Positions 1-10,307 of a stretch of 64,000 nt of DNA are shown here, one piece after another. How positions within the stretch are numbered: the stretch's first letter is position 1; every line of letters starts with the position of its first letter. Made by a program: the position numbers and the translations under genes. The notes below the pieces were generated by a model that was not told the origin of the DNA, searched no databases, and saw only the letters and a program-made list of their open reading frames with translations. This stretch comes from an uncultured Bacteroidales bacterium (GTDB lineage: Bacteria; Bacteroidota; Bacteroidia; Bacteroidales; GCA-2748055), in NCBI GenBank assembly GCA_963809925.1, contig CAWELH010000002.1:22077-86076 (forward strand). Direction: 5' to 3'.

Positions 1-432
1 GATTCCGCAAGATTTGGATTGACAAGCTGCACCTCAGGTGGAAAAATTTACGCTATTGGCGGGTCCTCCTTCTCAGCCCCGCCACATCCCGCTGCCAAAA
101 CTGTGGAAGAATACACTCCTACATTGGAAACTGGTATAAATGAGGTCAGTGTCAAAGACGAAAGCAAGAATGGAATTACACTCTACCAGAACTACCCGAA
201 TCCTTTTAGGCCCACTACGACTGTCTCCTTCTCGGTAAGGGAAAGTGTATATGCTACATTAAAGATCTATGACCAGATGGGAAGAGAAATACGAACTTTA
301 TTGGCTAAGCGGGTTAATGGCGGAAAACAAAATGTTGTTTTCGATGCAAGCGGAATGGCTGGCGGCGTGTATTATTATTCATTGAGTGCAGGTAATCAAC
401 TACTCACACGAAGTCTGATATTGCTGAAGTAA
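1..432 (+). CDS. C-terminal part of a secreted Kelch-like repeat protein with a T9SS C-terminal sorting domain (5' end lies outside the window)
   Basis: The frame of ORF 19..432 stays open back to base 1. It has a 'GKIYAIGG' Kelch-type motif. The C-terminal block 'LYQNYPNPF...GGVYYYSL' is typical of Por/T9SS type-A sorting domains. Confidence 0.7.
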   Translation, partial: DSARFGLTSCTSGGKIYAIGGSSFSAPPHPAAKTVEEYTPTLETGINEVSVKDESKNGITLYQNYPNPFRPTTTVSFSVRESVYATLKIYDQMGREIRTLLAKRVNGGKQNVVFDASGMAGGVYYYSLSAGNQLLTRSLILLK

Positions 433-446
433 ATTCAAACATCAAT

Positions 447-2411
447 CTAATTTAAGTCCATCTTCTTTAACAAGGTGATAAACCCAGGATCAGATCGCAG
501 GGGATCTAAAAACGGCTCGGTTTTTAAGAATACAAGAGAAGTTGCCCGCTCAGAATACGCTTTTTCCAGCCACCGAAGAGCAGTTTCATTCTCTCCAAGT
601 CCGGTATTTATAAGAGCGAGGTCGACCGGAAGATCGAAATGAAAAAAGACATCAGGTTCCTTAAGGTGTGATTTAACATCATCAAGGACCTTGAGGGCTT
701 CATTCTTCATTGAAGCCCTGGCGTAAGCATACCCAAGTATTGCCAACAAATCGGGATTATTTTTGGAATGAATTCTGAATTTCTCAAGTTCTTTTATAGC
801 ATGGTTAATTTCGCCTTTCTGTATATAAGCAAGGCCAAGATGCCAAAGTGGTACTGTAAGAAGTTCTTCCGGAACCATTGCGAGGGTCTTCTCCAATTGT
901 TCCACGGCCTCATCATAGCGACGAGCACGGTACAGCACATGTCCCAGATTCCCGTTCATGACAACCGAAAAAGGATCGAGTTTCAAGGCCTGTTTTGCCT
1001 CGCTGATTGCATCTTCAAAATTACCCGTGAACATCAAATATTCTGAATATTCTTTGTGGGCACTGGCAAGATTCGGATTTATGGATAGGGCACGTAAATA
1101 TTCCTGCCTCGCATCAGCCCAGTTCCAGTAATAACCCTCAAGAATCATTGCTAATGAAACATGGGCTTCAGCAATCTGATCATTCAGTGAGAGTGCCCGC
1201 ATAGCATACAATTTTGCCATTGGAAATGCCTCCGGTCCGGGGATAATATGATAAATGGCAAAATAGGAATAGGCATCGGCTAAGCCGGTATAGGCCGGAG
1301 CATATTCCGAATCGAGTTCAGTGGCACGCTTAAAATATTCAAATCCCTTTTTAATTCCGGCCTCGGTACGTTTATTCAACTCATGTCTGCCTTTCAGGTA
1401 CAGAATATATGCTTCCAGAATTTCAGTGGGTTGCTCACCAAGTCTAAGTTTATCATATTGCTGCAACCTTATTTTCATTGCTTTTGCCACACCCTGTGCA
1501 ATGTCAGTCTGTATTGCAAAGACATTTTTCAACGCTCTGTCGTATTCAGCGGACCATATTGTAACCTGATTTTTTGCATCAATAAGTTGAACGGAAATCC
1601 TCAGCATATTACCGTTTTTTCTCACGCTTCCATCAAGTACCTGTTCCACATTGAGTTCGTTCGCAATTTCAACGATACTCTCTTGGCTGTTTTTATATTT
1701 CATGACTGAAGTACGGGCAATGACTTCGAGACCGTGTATTTTTGAAAGTGTTGAAATCATTTCCTCCGTCATGCCATCGACAAAAAAATCCTGCTCGCCT
1801 GTGTCAGATAAATTTATAAACGGCAGTACTGCCAGGGAAACTGGCATGGCACCGGAATCCGTAACGGATGTGTTACCCCTCAGGACCAATACCAATATCA
1901 GGGCAATGGCCGGAACTAAAATCAGGATAAGAAATCGCAGGTTTTTTCGACCTGTTCTTTGCTTATGTTGTAAGTATTCCGTAGAATCTGAATCCCCTGA
2001 GGCCTGAATCTGCCTGGAGATATGTGCCGATGCTAAACCGGGTGGTGAAGTGGTGTGGACTATCTCCACATTCGAAATAAATTTATATCCTAACCGTGGG
2101 ACTGTTTCAATAAATGTCGGCGCCCGAGCATTGTCCCCCAACGCCCGACGAATTTCATCAATGCAATGATTCAATGCATTATCAGTAACAATTACATCAG
2201 GCCAGATATTAGTAAGGAGTTCATCCTTCTTTATTAAAATTTTCGAATGTTTAACCAGATATACCAGTGTATCAATTACTTTCGGGCGCAAATGGATATT
2301 CTTCCCATTTTTTTGCAGGCTATATTCGCTTGGGCACAATATGAAATCGTCAAACTTATATATAACAGTTTCCCGCATGGTTATGATTAATCCGTCTGAA
2401 TTGACATTCAT
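447..2411 (-). CDS. Membrane-anchored CadC-like transcriptional regulator: OmpR/PhoB-type winged helix, one TM helix, then a TolB-N-like and TPR sensor region
   Basis: The N-terminus 'FILCPSEYSLQKNGKNIHLRPKVIDTLVYLV...VPRLGYKFI' matches the Trans_reg_C pattern. A hydrophobic span 'LRFLILILVPAIALILVLVL' follows. 'LAVLPFINLSD' and multiple TPR-like repeats make up the C-terminal half. The true start may be an internal Met (MRETVIYKF). Confidence 0.75.
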   Translation of the reverse strand: MNVNSDGLIITMRETVIYKFDDFILCPSEYSLQKNGKNIHLRPKVIDTLVYLVKHSKILIKKDELLTNIWPDVIVTDNALNHCIDEIRRALGDNARAPTFIETVPRLGYKFISNVEIVHTTSPPGLASAHISRQIQASGDSDSTEYLQHKQRTGRKNLRFLILILVPAIALILVLVLRGNTSVTDSGAMPVSLAVLPFINLSDTGEQDFFVDGMTEEMISTLSKIHGLEVIARTSVMKYKNSQESIVEIANELNVEQVLDGSVRKNGNMLRISVQLIDAKNQVTIWSAEYDRALKNVFAIQTDIAQGVAKAMKIRLQQYDKLRLGEQPTEILEAYILYLKGRHELNKRTEAGIKKGFEYFKRATELDSEYAPAYTGLADAYSYFAIYHIIPGPEAFPMAKLYAMRALSLNDQIAEAHVSLAMILEGYYWNWADARQEYLRALSINPNLASAHKEYSEYLMFTGNFEDAISEAKQALKLDPFSVVMNGNLGHVLYRARRYDEAVEQLEKTLAMVPEELLTVPLWHLGLAYIQKGEINHAIKELEKFRIHSKNNPDLLAILGYAYARASMKNEALKVLDDVKSHLKEPDVFFHFDLPVDLALINTGLGENETALRWLEKAYSERATSLVFLKTEPFLDPLRSDPGFITLLKKMDLN

Positions 2412-2939
2412 TTTCCCGATCTTTGCTGGTTTCTCCTTATGTTAAACCGGCAGAAACATTAAGGTAACAAAAACGCCGCATAAACTGTTTACTTTTTCAA
2501 CCAACCAAACAAATTGAAATCCAGAAGCTTGACCGCTTCGATCAGGTACGGCACCAGGAAGATAGGCCGGTAGAGTCCGATAACAACTATAAATATTAGG
2601 TAAAAGTATCAATCCGAACACCTTTTCTCTACTATGCGATTCATCAATATCCGATATGGGTAGCAATCTCCAACCCATTCTGTATTTTTAATTCCTGTGA
2701 ACAAATTCAGAAAACAATTGCTATAATATTTATCTGCAGGAACTGATCCTGCATCCGGCCTGATTATAATTCTCCTGTTGGATTAGTGAACAGCTATCAT
2801 TCACTAGCCATAGCCATTCTTACTTTAATTCTTGCTCCATTGAAAGTGTGGCAACATTCCTTCACCGGAAAAAGGATATGCAATCTGCGGCACTTCTCAA
2901 CTCTCCGGCTTAGAATTATAACTAAGTTTCTCACATCTT

Positions 2940-4214
2940 ATGAAAGTTCTAATATGCACAATCACGGCAACCGGGCACGTCAATCCTGGTATTCCGATTT
3001 CAAGGTGCCTTATGGAGCGTGGCCACGAAGTCAGGTGGTACACAAGTCCTCGCTATCGTAATCTCATCGAATCTACCGGAGCACAGTACCTGCCACTTAC
3101 CGAAGGCCCTGACCTTGATGAAACCCGGGCCGATGAAATCAAGGAACGGAAAGACCTGCGTGGAATGGCTCAGATTAAATGGGATCTTAAAAATTTTGTA
3201 ATCAATTCATCCGCAGCGTATGTGCGCGATCTGAGAAAGATCCTCACAACTTTTAAGGCTGATGTGATACTTTGCGACATGGCCATGTTGGCAGGACTGT
3301 TCGTCTCAGAACTGGGAGGTCCGCAATGTGTTACCTACAATCCTACACCCCTCGGCATCATAAGCCGGGATACGGGCCCGTTTGGAATGGGCCTTTTGCC
3401 AAGCAGTTCAGTGCCCGGACGGTTAAGGAACAAGTTTTTTAACTGGCTAATCTGGCAGGTTCTTCTACGCGACGTAAATAGCGAAATGAACAAAGTCAGA
3501 TCACATCTCGGATTACCACCAGCACAGGAAACATTTTTCGACATTATGGCACGCCGTTCAAAACTTTACCTGCAGTCGGGTACTCCCTCGTTTGAATATC
3601 ACCGAAGCGATCTGCCTGACAATATTCGCTTTATCGGGCCTTTGCTTACTGATCCACCGCCACAATTTGACCTCCCTGTTTGGTGGAATGATCTGAAATC
3701 AGGGAAACCGGTGATCCTGGTTACACAGGGCACCTTGTCGACAGAGCCTGACAGACTCTTATTGCCAACCATTCAGGCTCTTAAGCATGAAAATATGCTG
3801 GTCATTGTAACAACAAGGGTTGAGTCTGCCGCACTCTCCACGGAGAGACTCCCCGGGAATGTAAGGCTGGAAAAATACATTCCATATGCACAGCTTATGC
3901 CTCATGTGGATGTGATGGTAACCAATGGTGGGTATGGAGGTACACTTATGGCGCTCTCGAATGGTGTACCTGTTGTGGGTTCGGGGAAAACCGAAGACAA
4001 AGCCGAAGTTTGCCAGAGGATCAGTTATTTTGGTGCGGGCATCAATCTGAAAAGTGACTCACCAAAACCGGAACGGATAAAAGATGCTGTCCTTAAGGTT
4101 CTTAAGGATAAAAAATATAAGAAACAGGCACAGTGGTTTCAGAAGGATTTTGCAAACTACAATGCGCCAACCATGACGGCAGAACTTCTTGAAGAACTTA
4201 CCGGAAAAACGTAA
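2940..4214 (+). CDS. GT1-family UDP-glycosyltransferase (MGT / macrolide-glycosyltransferase-like)
   Basis: The protein is 424 aa. The N-terminus 'MKVLICTITATGHVNPGIPISRCLMERGHEV' is the acceptor-domain signature of GT1 UDP-glucuronosyl/glucosyl transferases. The C-terminal 'VTNGGYGGTLMALSNGVPVV' is the nucleotide-sugar binding motif. Confidence 0.75.
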   Translation: MKVLICTITATGHVNPGIPISRCLMERGHEVRWYTSPRYRNLIESTGAQYLPLTEGPDLDETRADEIKERKDLRGMAQIKWDLKNFVINSSAAYVRDLRKILTTFKADVILCDMAMLAGLFVSELGGPQCVTYNPTPLGIISRDTGPFGMGLLPSSSVPGRLRNKFFNWLIWQVLLRDVNSEMNKVRSHLGLPPAQETFFDIMARRSKLYLQSGTPSFEYHRSDLPDNIRFIGPLLTDPPPQFDLPVWWNDLKSGKPVILVTQGTLSTEPDRLLLPTIQALKHENMLVIVTTRVESAALSTERLPGNVRLEKYIPYAQLMPHVDVMVTNGGYGGTLMALSNGVPVVGSGKTEDKAEVCQRISYFGAGINLKSDSPKPERIKDAVLKVLKDKKYKKQAQWFQKDFANYNAPTMTAELLEELTGKT

Positions 4215-4392
4215 TCAAGAAACAGGCAACGCACTGATAAGCAGAGTCGGGAACTTTGTTATACCTGATATAACCTTACTATTTACTGACCACAAGGCGA
4301 TGTAACCTGGTGTTACAATAATTATGCTCATATACGGAGAAGTTGTTTAAATTTGTATTATCAAAATTTTCTTCATTGCAAAATCCGGTTCA

Positions 4393-5215
4393 ATGAAAAC
4401 AAAAATACTCCTGCTGCTTACCTTCTTAGCAGCATGTATTGTAACGTATGGTCAGTCCACGGAGTACAGGACAAAGATGAACGTAGAATACTACGACGAT
4501 GCCGTAAGTCTGAAAGATGCGTACATCGCTCAGCAATGCGTACTTGACATTTACTATCCTGTCAATGTAAAAAATTTTGCCACTATTGTCTGGTTCCATG
4601 GCGGAGGACTCACAGGTGGAGAGAAAGAGCTCCCCGCTGCCCTGAAAGAAAAAGGCGTATGTGTGATCGGAGTAAGTTACCGCTTATACCCAAAAGTGAA
4701 AGCGCCGGTTTATATCGAGGATGCCGCAGCTGCTGTAAGCTGGGTGTTTAAAAATATTGAGCGCTTTGGTGGCGATCCATCGTCCATATTTGTTTCCGGT
4801 CACTCTGCCGGCGGCTACCTGACCCTGATGATCGGATTAGACAAATCGTGGCTGGGTAATTTTGGTATCGACGCTGACAAGAATTGCGGGGCTCATCCCT
4901 TTCAGTGGACACACCATCACTCATTTTACCGTGAGAAAAGAGCGTGGCATACCCGAAACCAGACCAATTGTCGACAGCCTGGCACCACTATACCATGTCC
5001 GGCCTGATGCTCCTCCCCTATTACTAATTACCGGTGACAGGGAACTGGAGATGCTCGGAAGATATGAGGAAAATGCCTACCTGATGCGGATGATGAAAGT
5101 TTGTGGCCATACCCATACAAAATTATACGAATTAGATGGCTACGGGCATGGCATGACAGAACCCGCGTTCCCGTTGCTTTTGCTTGAAGTTCAAAGAATT
5201 ATGAATGATAAATAA
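4393..5215 (+). pseudogene. Alpha/beta-hydrolase (carboxylesterase-like) interrupted by a +1 frameshift near 4880
   Basis: ORF 4393..5007 carries a signal peptide, the 'HGGGLTGG' oxyanion motif and the 'GHSAGG' nucleophile elbow. Its sense sequence ends at '...NFGIDADK'. Homology continues in the next frame (ORF 4862..5215) as 'IAGLIPFSGHTITHFTV...DGYGHGM'. One extra base in 'gacaagaattgcg' joins the two frames. Confidence 0.7.
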
Positions 5216-5222
5216 ACCCTGA

Positions 5223-5735
5223 ATGGCGTTGCAATACCAGTTCCACATGAGAAAGACAAACCAGGAAATTACCGAAAAGAAAGTTCTTGATGAAATACTT
5301 ACTCAATCAAGGATTTGCAGAATTGCCATGATAGATCATGGCCTGCCCTATTTGCTTCCATTTAATTATGGATATCAATCCAATTGCATCTACATTCACA
5401 CCGCTACTGTGGGCAAAAAATTGGATATTCTTCGGAATAACCCGATTGTATGTTTTGAAATCGAATTGACGGCTGAAGTAATTAGCGATGAAACTGCTTG
5501 CAAATGGGCAACCCGTTACCGATCAGTCATCGGCAATGGTCATATTGACATCATTAGCGACTTCGATCAAAAAATTTTAGGCCTCGAGATCATCATGAAG
5601 CATAACGGCGCTCCCCCACCCTATGTTTTTGAATCCGGGCATATTGATTCGTTGGTCATCCTGAAACTGAATATCGATACAATCACTGGCAAACAATCCA
5701 GTAATTGGGATAAAATTACAGAACGACAAAATTGA
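5223..5735 (+). CDS. Pyridoxamine 5'-phosphate oxidase-family flavoprotein (NimA-like)
   Basis: The protein is 170 aa. The pattern 'ICRIAMIDHGLPYLLPFNYGY...IYIHTATVGKKLDILRNNPIVCFEI' is typical of split-barrel FMN-binding PNPOx-like proteins. Confidence 0.6.
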   Translation: MALQYQFHMRKTNQEITEKKVLDEILTQSRICRIAMIDHGLPYLLPFNYGYQSNCIYIHTATVGKKLDILRNNPIVCFEIELTAEVISDETACKWATRYRSVIGNGHIDIISDFDQKILGLEIIMKHNGAPPPYVFESGHIDSLVILKLNIDTITGKQSSNWDKITERQN

Positions 5736-5803
5736 AACCGTATTTTTAATACCGGAATTTTTAATATCTGAACCTGACACAAAAACCCCTGAATTCTAAT
5801 AAA

Positions 5804-6772
5804 ATGAAGGCTGTTGTCTACGAAAATTATGGCCCCCCTGAAGTCCTGCATCTTATGGATGTAGAAACACCTGTCCCAAATGAGCATGAAATACTGATCA
5901 AAATTTATTCTTCCACCGTTAACCGGACAGACTGCGGATTTTTAAGGGCTAAGCCATTCATCGTCCGATTTTTCAGCGGCTTCCTCAAGCCGAAAAACAG
6001 GATACTTGGAAATGAGTTTTCAGGGATCGTTGAATCTACTGGGCGCAATGTAACCCTGTTTAAAAAGGGAGACCGTGTATTTGGCTATAACGGGACGACC
6101 TTCGGTGCACATGCCGGGTATATAGTTATGAATGAAGCCGGTACCATTTCACATATACCGCCCGGTTTTAGTTTCGATGAAGCTGCACCGTTAACAGAAG
6201 GTGCACATTACGCGCTGAGTAACATCAAGGCAGCAGGCATCCGCAAGGGGCAGGATGTTTTAATCAACGGCACAACGGGGGCAATCGGTTCAGCTGCCGT
6301 TCAACTTGTAAAATATCTTGGAGCTGGCGTGACGGCTGTTTGCAATACAAAGAATATTGATCTAGTCAGATCACTGGGAGCTGATCATGTCATCGATTAT
6401 TCAAAGTCGGACTTTACCAGAATCAATAAGCGTTTCGACGTAGTAATCGATGCTGTAGGGAAGAGCTCATTTGGAAAATGTAAACCACTGCTTAAGGAAG
6501 GCGGAATTTACTCATCCACTGATCTCGGATTTATGTCCCAGAATATTTTCCTATCAATGATCACACCTTTACTGGGGGGTAGGAAGGTGATCTTCCCTGT
6601 TCCCAGAATAAAAAAGGAAGATCTGATTTTTCTTGGTGGGCTGGCGGCATCTGGGGCATTCAAACCCGTAATCGATAGTTTCTTTCCAATGGAGGAGGTA
6701 GTTGAAGCGTTCCGTTATGTTGAATCGGGACAAAAAACAGGAAATGTCATCCTCAGGATTTCAGATGAATAA
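5804..6772 (+). CDS. NAD(P)-dependent medium-chain dehydrogenase/reductase (quinone-oxidoreductase-like)
   Basis: The protein is 322 aa. It begins 'MKAVVYENYGPPEVL', has the Rossmann motif 'INGTTGAIGSAAVQL', and ends 'ESGQKTGNVIL'. Confidence 0.75.
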   Translation: MKAVVYENYGPPEVLHLMDVETPVPNEHEILIKIYSSTVNRTDCGFLRAKPFIVRFFSGFLKPKNRILGNEFSGIVESTGRNVTLFKKGDRVFGYNGTTFGAHAGYIVMNEAGTISHIPPGFSFDEAAPLTEGAHYALSNIKAAGIRKGQDVLINGTTGAIGSAAVQLVKYLGAGVTAVCNTKNIDLVRSLGADHVIDYSKSDFTRINKRFDVVIDAVGKSSFGKCKPLLKEGGIYSSTDLGFMSQNIFLSMITPLLGGRKVIFPVPRIKKEDLIFLGGLAASGAFKPVIDSFFPMEEVVEAFRYVESGQKTGNVILRISDE

Positions 6773-6788
6773 TCTGGCAGGACCATAC

Positions 6789-7336
6789 CTACTGCCGGCC
6801 ATACCTTAAGACCACGACACCGGATCTAAAGCTATCTTTCTCCATAAGTTTCAGGTTGTTACTTTTATCAGCGTATTCAAACAGCCTTCTCTCCTCCCCC
6901 CATGTCAATGGCTGAACAAGTATCAGGAATTCGTCGATCAATCCGTGCTGCATCAGTGCCTTACATATGCTGATCCCGCCAACGGAAATGTTCTTCCCCG
7001 CTTTCTGCTTTAGATTCTTCACCGTCTCAATAACATCGTCTCTACTTATCACGGTATTCTGCCATCCGTTTTTTCTAACCTACGAGAAAATACAATCTTC
7101 CGCAACGGATTGAATTTATCTGCGAATTTTATCATGCTTTGCGTGGCATGCGGGTCTTTGCGAACATTCGGCCAGTAACTTTCCATAAGCTGGTAGGTAA
7201 GCCTTCAAAATAACTCAAGATCCGTCTTGTCATACTGAGCAGTTGCGAAATCGTGCAATTCATCATCTGCAATTGCCACTCTGTGATCTGTACATCCGTC
7301 GAGGGACATGTTCATCAGCATAATGAGTTTTTGCAT
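6789..7336 (-). pseudogene. RibD_C / dihydrofolate-reductase-like gene with two independent lesions
   Basis: Reverse-strand reading from ATG 7336 gives 'MQKLIMLMNMSLDGCTDHRVAIADDELHDFATAQYDKTDLELF', then an in-frame TGA (7205-7207) where family members have Gly. It continues 'RLTYQLMESYWPNV...KIVFSRRLEKT'. The frame is then lost at a T6/A6 run (7069-7074). It resumes as 'WQNTVISRDDVIETVKNLKQKAGKNISVGG...LIDEF', which is ORF 6789..7052. Confidence 0.7.
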
Positions 7337-7726
7337 GGAAAGTTTTTTTTTCGGAGACGTCCCTTATCCTGAAAAGTTCAAGGACAGACCGTCACTAATC
7401 TGTCTCACCGGCTGAAAATACGTCCATTACCACAATCTATCCGGTATTTCCCTTTTCCACAATTAAAGACACAAGAGATCGAATACGAATACCGTGCGTC
7501 CTTTATGAACCAGTCTGAAAATTAATTGCAATTCATGGTTTGATGAATTACAGGAAATTAAGGTCTGAAATGACTATTTTTTACTTTCAAAATAGCAGAT
7601 TCAGCTATAAAGACGTAATTATCAACTAGAAAAAAGAATTTTTTCGCTGGCTGAATGGCAAAATTTACCGATATTTATACACTGAACCTCCCTGAGGGAA
7701 ATTTTTTATCTTAAAACTGCATCACA

Positions 7727-8317
7727 ATGGAAGCATCAACAATGACCATCAGAGACCAGTCTGCGAACCCTGGTCCTCTTGGACTCCTTGCCTTTGGTAT
7801 GACCACCGTTTTGTTGAACCTGCATAATGCCGGTTTTTATGAAATGAATTCGATGATCCTGGCCATGGGACTTTTCTATGGCGGGATGGCACAGATTGTG
7901 GCCGGCATACTGGAAGCCAAAAAAGGAAACACCTTTGGTCTGACAGCCTTTGTTTCATACGGTTTTTTCTGGCTTACACTGGTAACCCTGATATTGTTAC
8001 CAAAAAGGGATCTCGTCGCTGCAACATCAGCGGGGGGTATGATTGCCTATCTGATCATGTGGGGTGTTTTTACGGGATTGTTGTTCTTTGGTACGCTGAA
8101 GATCAACAGGGCGTTGCAGGTGGTTTTCGTTACATTGACAGTTCTGTTTTTCCTGCTGGCCCTTGGTGATGCCACAGAAAATGCGGGCATCAGGACATTT
8201 ACCGGTTATGAAGGTATTGTCTGCGGAGGTTCTGCCATATATGCCGGTGTGGGTACACTTCTGAATGAGATGTTCGGACGAGTGGTGCTGCCATTAGGAC
8301 CTGTAGCGAAAAAATAA
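7727..8317 (+). CDS. satP: Acetate/succinate uptake channel, GPR1/FUN34/YaaH family
   Basis: '[23 protein letters not shown]' and '[20 protein letters not shown]' closely follow the E. coli SatP (YaaH) sequence pattern. Six hydrophobic spans are visible. Confidence 0.9.
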   Translation: MEASTMTIRDQSANPGPLGLLAFGMTTVLLNLHNAGFYEMNSMILAMGLFYGGMAQIVAGILEAKKGNTFGLTAFVSYGFFWLTLVTLILLPKRDLVAATSAGGMIAYLIMWGVFTGLLFFGTLKINRALQVVFVTLTVLFFLLALGDATENAGIRTFTGYEGIVCGGSAIYAGVGTLLNEMFGRVVLPLGPVAKK

Positions 8318-8597
8318 TAAATGGAAACATAGTCTCAATCCAGCAGTGGATCAGGGAAAATCAGCCGTTTTTTTCCTTTCGGAGCACGAACTGTTGCCGG
8401 TTGTGGTTGGAAAGGTATGCGTCCCTCCTAAGCTCATCGCAAAATCTTTCATTCCGGAGTGTATAGTACTAGTACATCTCATCTTTTACATTTTATTCCC
8501 TGCTTCTCATATAAAAGCTTACCTTTGTTCATTTTTTACACATCGCCTATTGCAGGCAATCCTGATCGAAAGATTAAGAGAATAACAACACAAAATT

Positions 8598-9854
8598 ATG
8601 CGATTTGAAGAACTGAATATTATTGAACCCATCCTGAAGGCCCTGAGAGATGAAAATTATACCGAACCCACACCCATACAGGAACGGGCCATTCCACTCC
8701 TGCTTGACAAAAATGATGTACTGGGCAGCGCCCAAACCGGAACAGGGAAAACGGCGGCCTTTGCTATTCCTATCCTTCAGCACTTGTTCAATGAACAACG
8801 GAACGGCCACAGTCACCAACAGATAAAGGCCCTTGTAATTACCCCCACACGTGAACTTGCCATTCAGATCAGTGAAAGCTTTACGACCTATGGTAAATAT
8901 ACCGGAATAAGAAATACCGTAATTTTCGGTGGTGTTAACCAGCGTCCGCAAACGGATGCCCTAAGACGGGGCGTTGATGTTCTTGTGGCTACGCCCGGCC
9001 GGTTGCTCGACCTGATGGACCAGGGTTTTGTCAAGCTGAAAGACATTGAATATTTCGTACTGGATGAAGCCGACAGGATGCTTGACATGGGTTTCATCAA
9101 TGATATCCGAAAGATTATCGCCAAATTACCCTCCAGGCGCCAATCCCTGTTTTTTTCTGCTACGATGCCTGACAATATTGTAGAGCTTTCAAGGAAAATT
9201 CTCCAAAATCCCAGGAAGGTTGATGTCAGCCCTGTGTCCTCCGCCGCTGAAACCATTCAACAGTACCTTTACTATACGAATAAATCAACCAAAAAAGATC
9301 TCTTACTACATATTCTTGAGGATCCTGGCATTGATCAGGTATTGCTCTTCTCCAGGACCAAACATGGCGCTGACAAAATTGCCAGGGAACTGAAAAAGCG
9401 GAAGATAAGGACAGAAGCCATCCATGGAGATAAGGCCCAGAATCAGCGGCAAAAATCGTTATCACAGTTTAAAGCCGGCGAAATCAGGGTACTTGTGGCC
9501 ACCGACATTGCTGCGAGGGGCATTGATATCGATAAATTAAAATATGTGATCAATTATGATATCCCGAATATTGCAGAAACCTATGTCCACCGGATTGGCA
9601 GGTCGGGCAGAGCCGGAGAGGAAGGCATCGCCATTTCGATCTGCGAGCCGGACGAGAATGTGTATTTAAGGGAAATTGAAAAGCTCATCAACCGGAAGAT
9701 TGAACTCATCCGGGACAATCCTTTCCCCCAGACGGATAAACCCATGACAAGTCAAGAAAAGAAGGTGTTTGAAAAAGAGAAACAAAAAAGGAAACAAGAA
9801 TTCTTTGCTTCACGGAACAAACTAGAAAAGAGATCTCATTCACTAAGGCACTGA
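8598..9854 (+). CDS. rhlE: DEAD-box ATP-dependent RNA helicase with a basic C-terminal tail
   Basis: It has a Q-motif region, 'AQTGTGKT' (motif I), 'PTRELA', 'VLDEADRMLD' (DEAD), 'SAT' and 'HRIGRSGRAG' (motif VI). Confidence 0.9.
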   Translation: MRFEELNIIEPILKALRDENYTEPTPIQERAIPLLLDKNDVLGSAQTGTGKTAAFAIPILQHLFNEQRNGHSHQQIKALVITPTRELAIQISESFTTYGKYTGIRNTVIFGGVNQRPQTDALRRGVDVLVATPGRLLDLMDQGFVKLKDIEYFVLDEADRMLDMGFINDIRKIIAKLPSRRQSLFFSATMPDNIVELSRKILQNPRKVDVSPVSSAAETIQQYLYYTNKSTKKDLLLHILEDPGIDQVLLFSRTKHGADKIARELKKRKIRTEAIHGDKAQNQRQKSLSQFKAGEIRVLVATDIAARGIDIDKLKYVINYDIPNIAETYVHRIGRSGRAGEEGIAISICEPDENVYLREIEKLINRKIELIRDNPFPQTDKPMTSQEKKVFEKEKQKRKQEFFASRNKLEKRSHSLRH

Positions 9855-10307
9855 TGCAGAAGGACTGAAGACGACCGGTTCATTTAGACAGTTTTGCAGG
9901 TACACCTTCCGGCAGCACATTTATCGGGAATTCCAGTATTCTGTTATTTCGCGGAATGTTGATTTCTATTTGCACCAAATATAAAATCTTCACTGCAATC
10001 CGTTTTGCTTTTTATCCAAAACCGGCATTACCACTTAGATCATCAGAACTAAAGTAAGCAGTCTGACTTCATTCAGTTATACTGGCTGAATAATGCACGT
10101 TTAAATGTCAGATTTAGCGGGTCAAAAATTCAGAAAATTTTCATCAAATGTCACTTTATGAAACATAAACCAGCCAAAAAGCCGGACGAACAGGTTTATG
10201 AGCGATCTTTAAATACTATTAATAATCAATTAATTACATGAAGAGTTGTGAACAATCGCCTTAAGGGCTTGGTTAAGATTGAACATCATTTACCAAGGCC
10301 TTACGTT

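Noticed and set aside
8346-8585. A 79-codon ORF just upstream of the DEAD-box helicase gene.
   Set aside because: It has a non-ATG start and a hydrophobic, low-information sequence. It occupies what is more plausibly the long 5' UTR common to cold-shock helicase genes.
10248-10307. N-terminal extensions from non-ATG starts in the ORF track (10248, 13874, 15586, 20730, 20944, 28718, 29662, 38868, 40629, 47899, 52723).
   Set aside because: In each case an in-frame ATG further downstream begins a signal peptide or the conserved N-terminus of the family. I used the ATG start instead.
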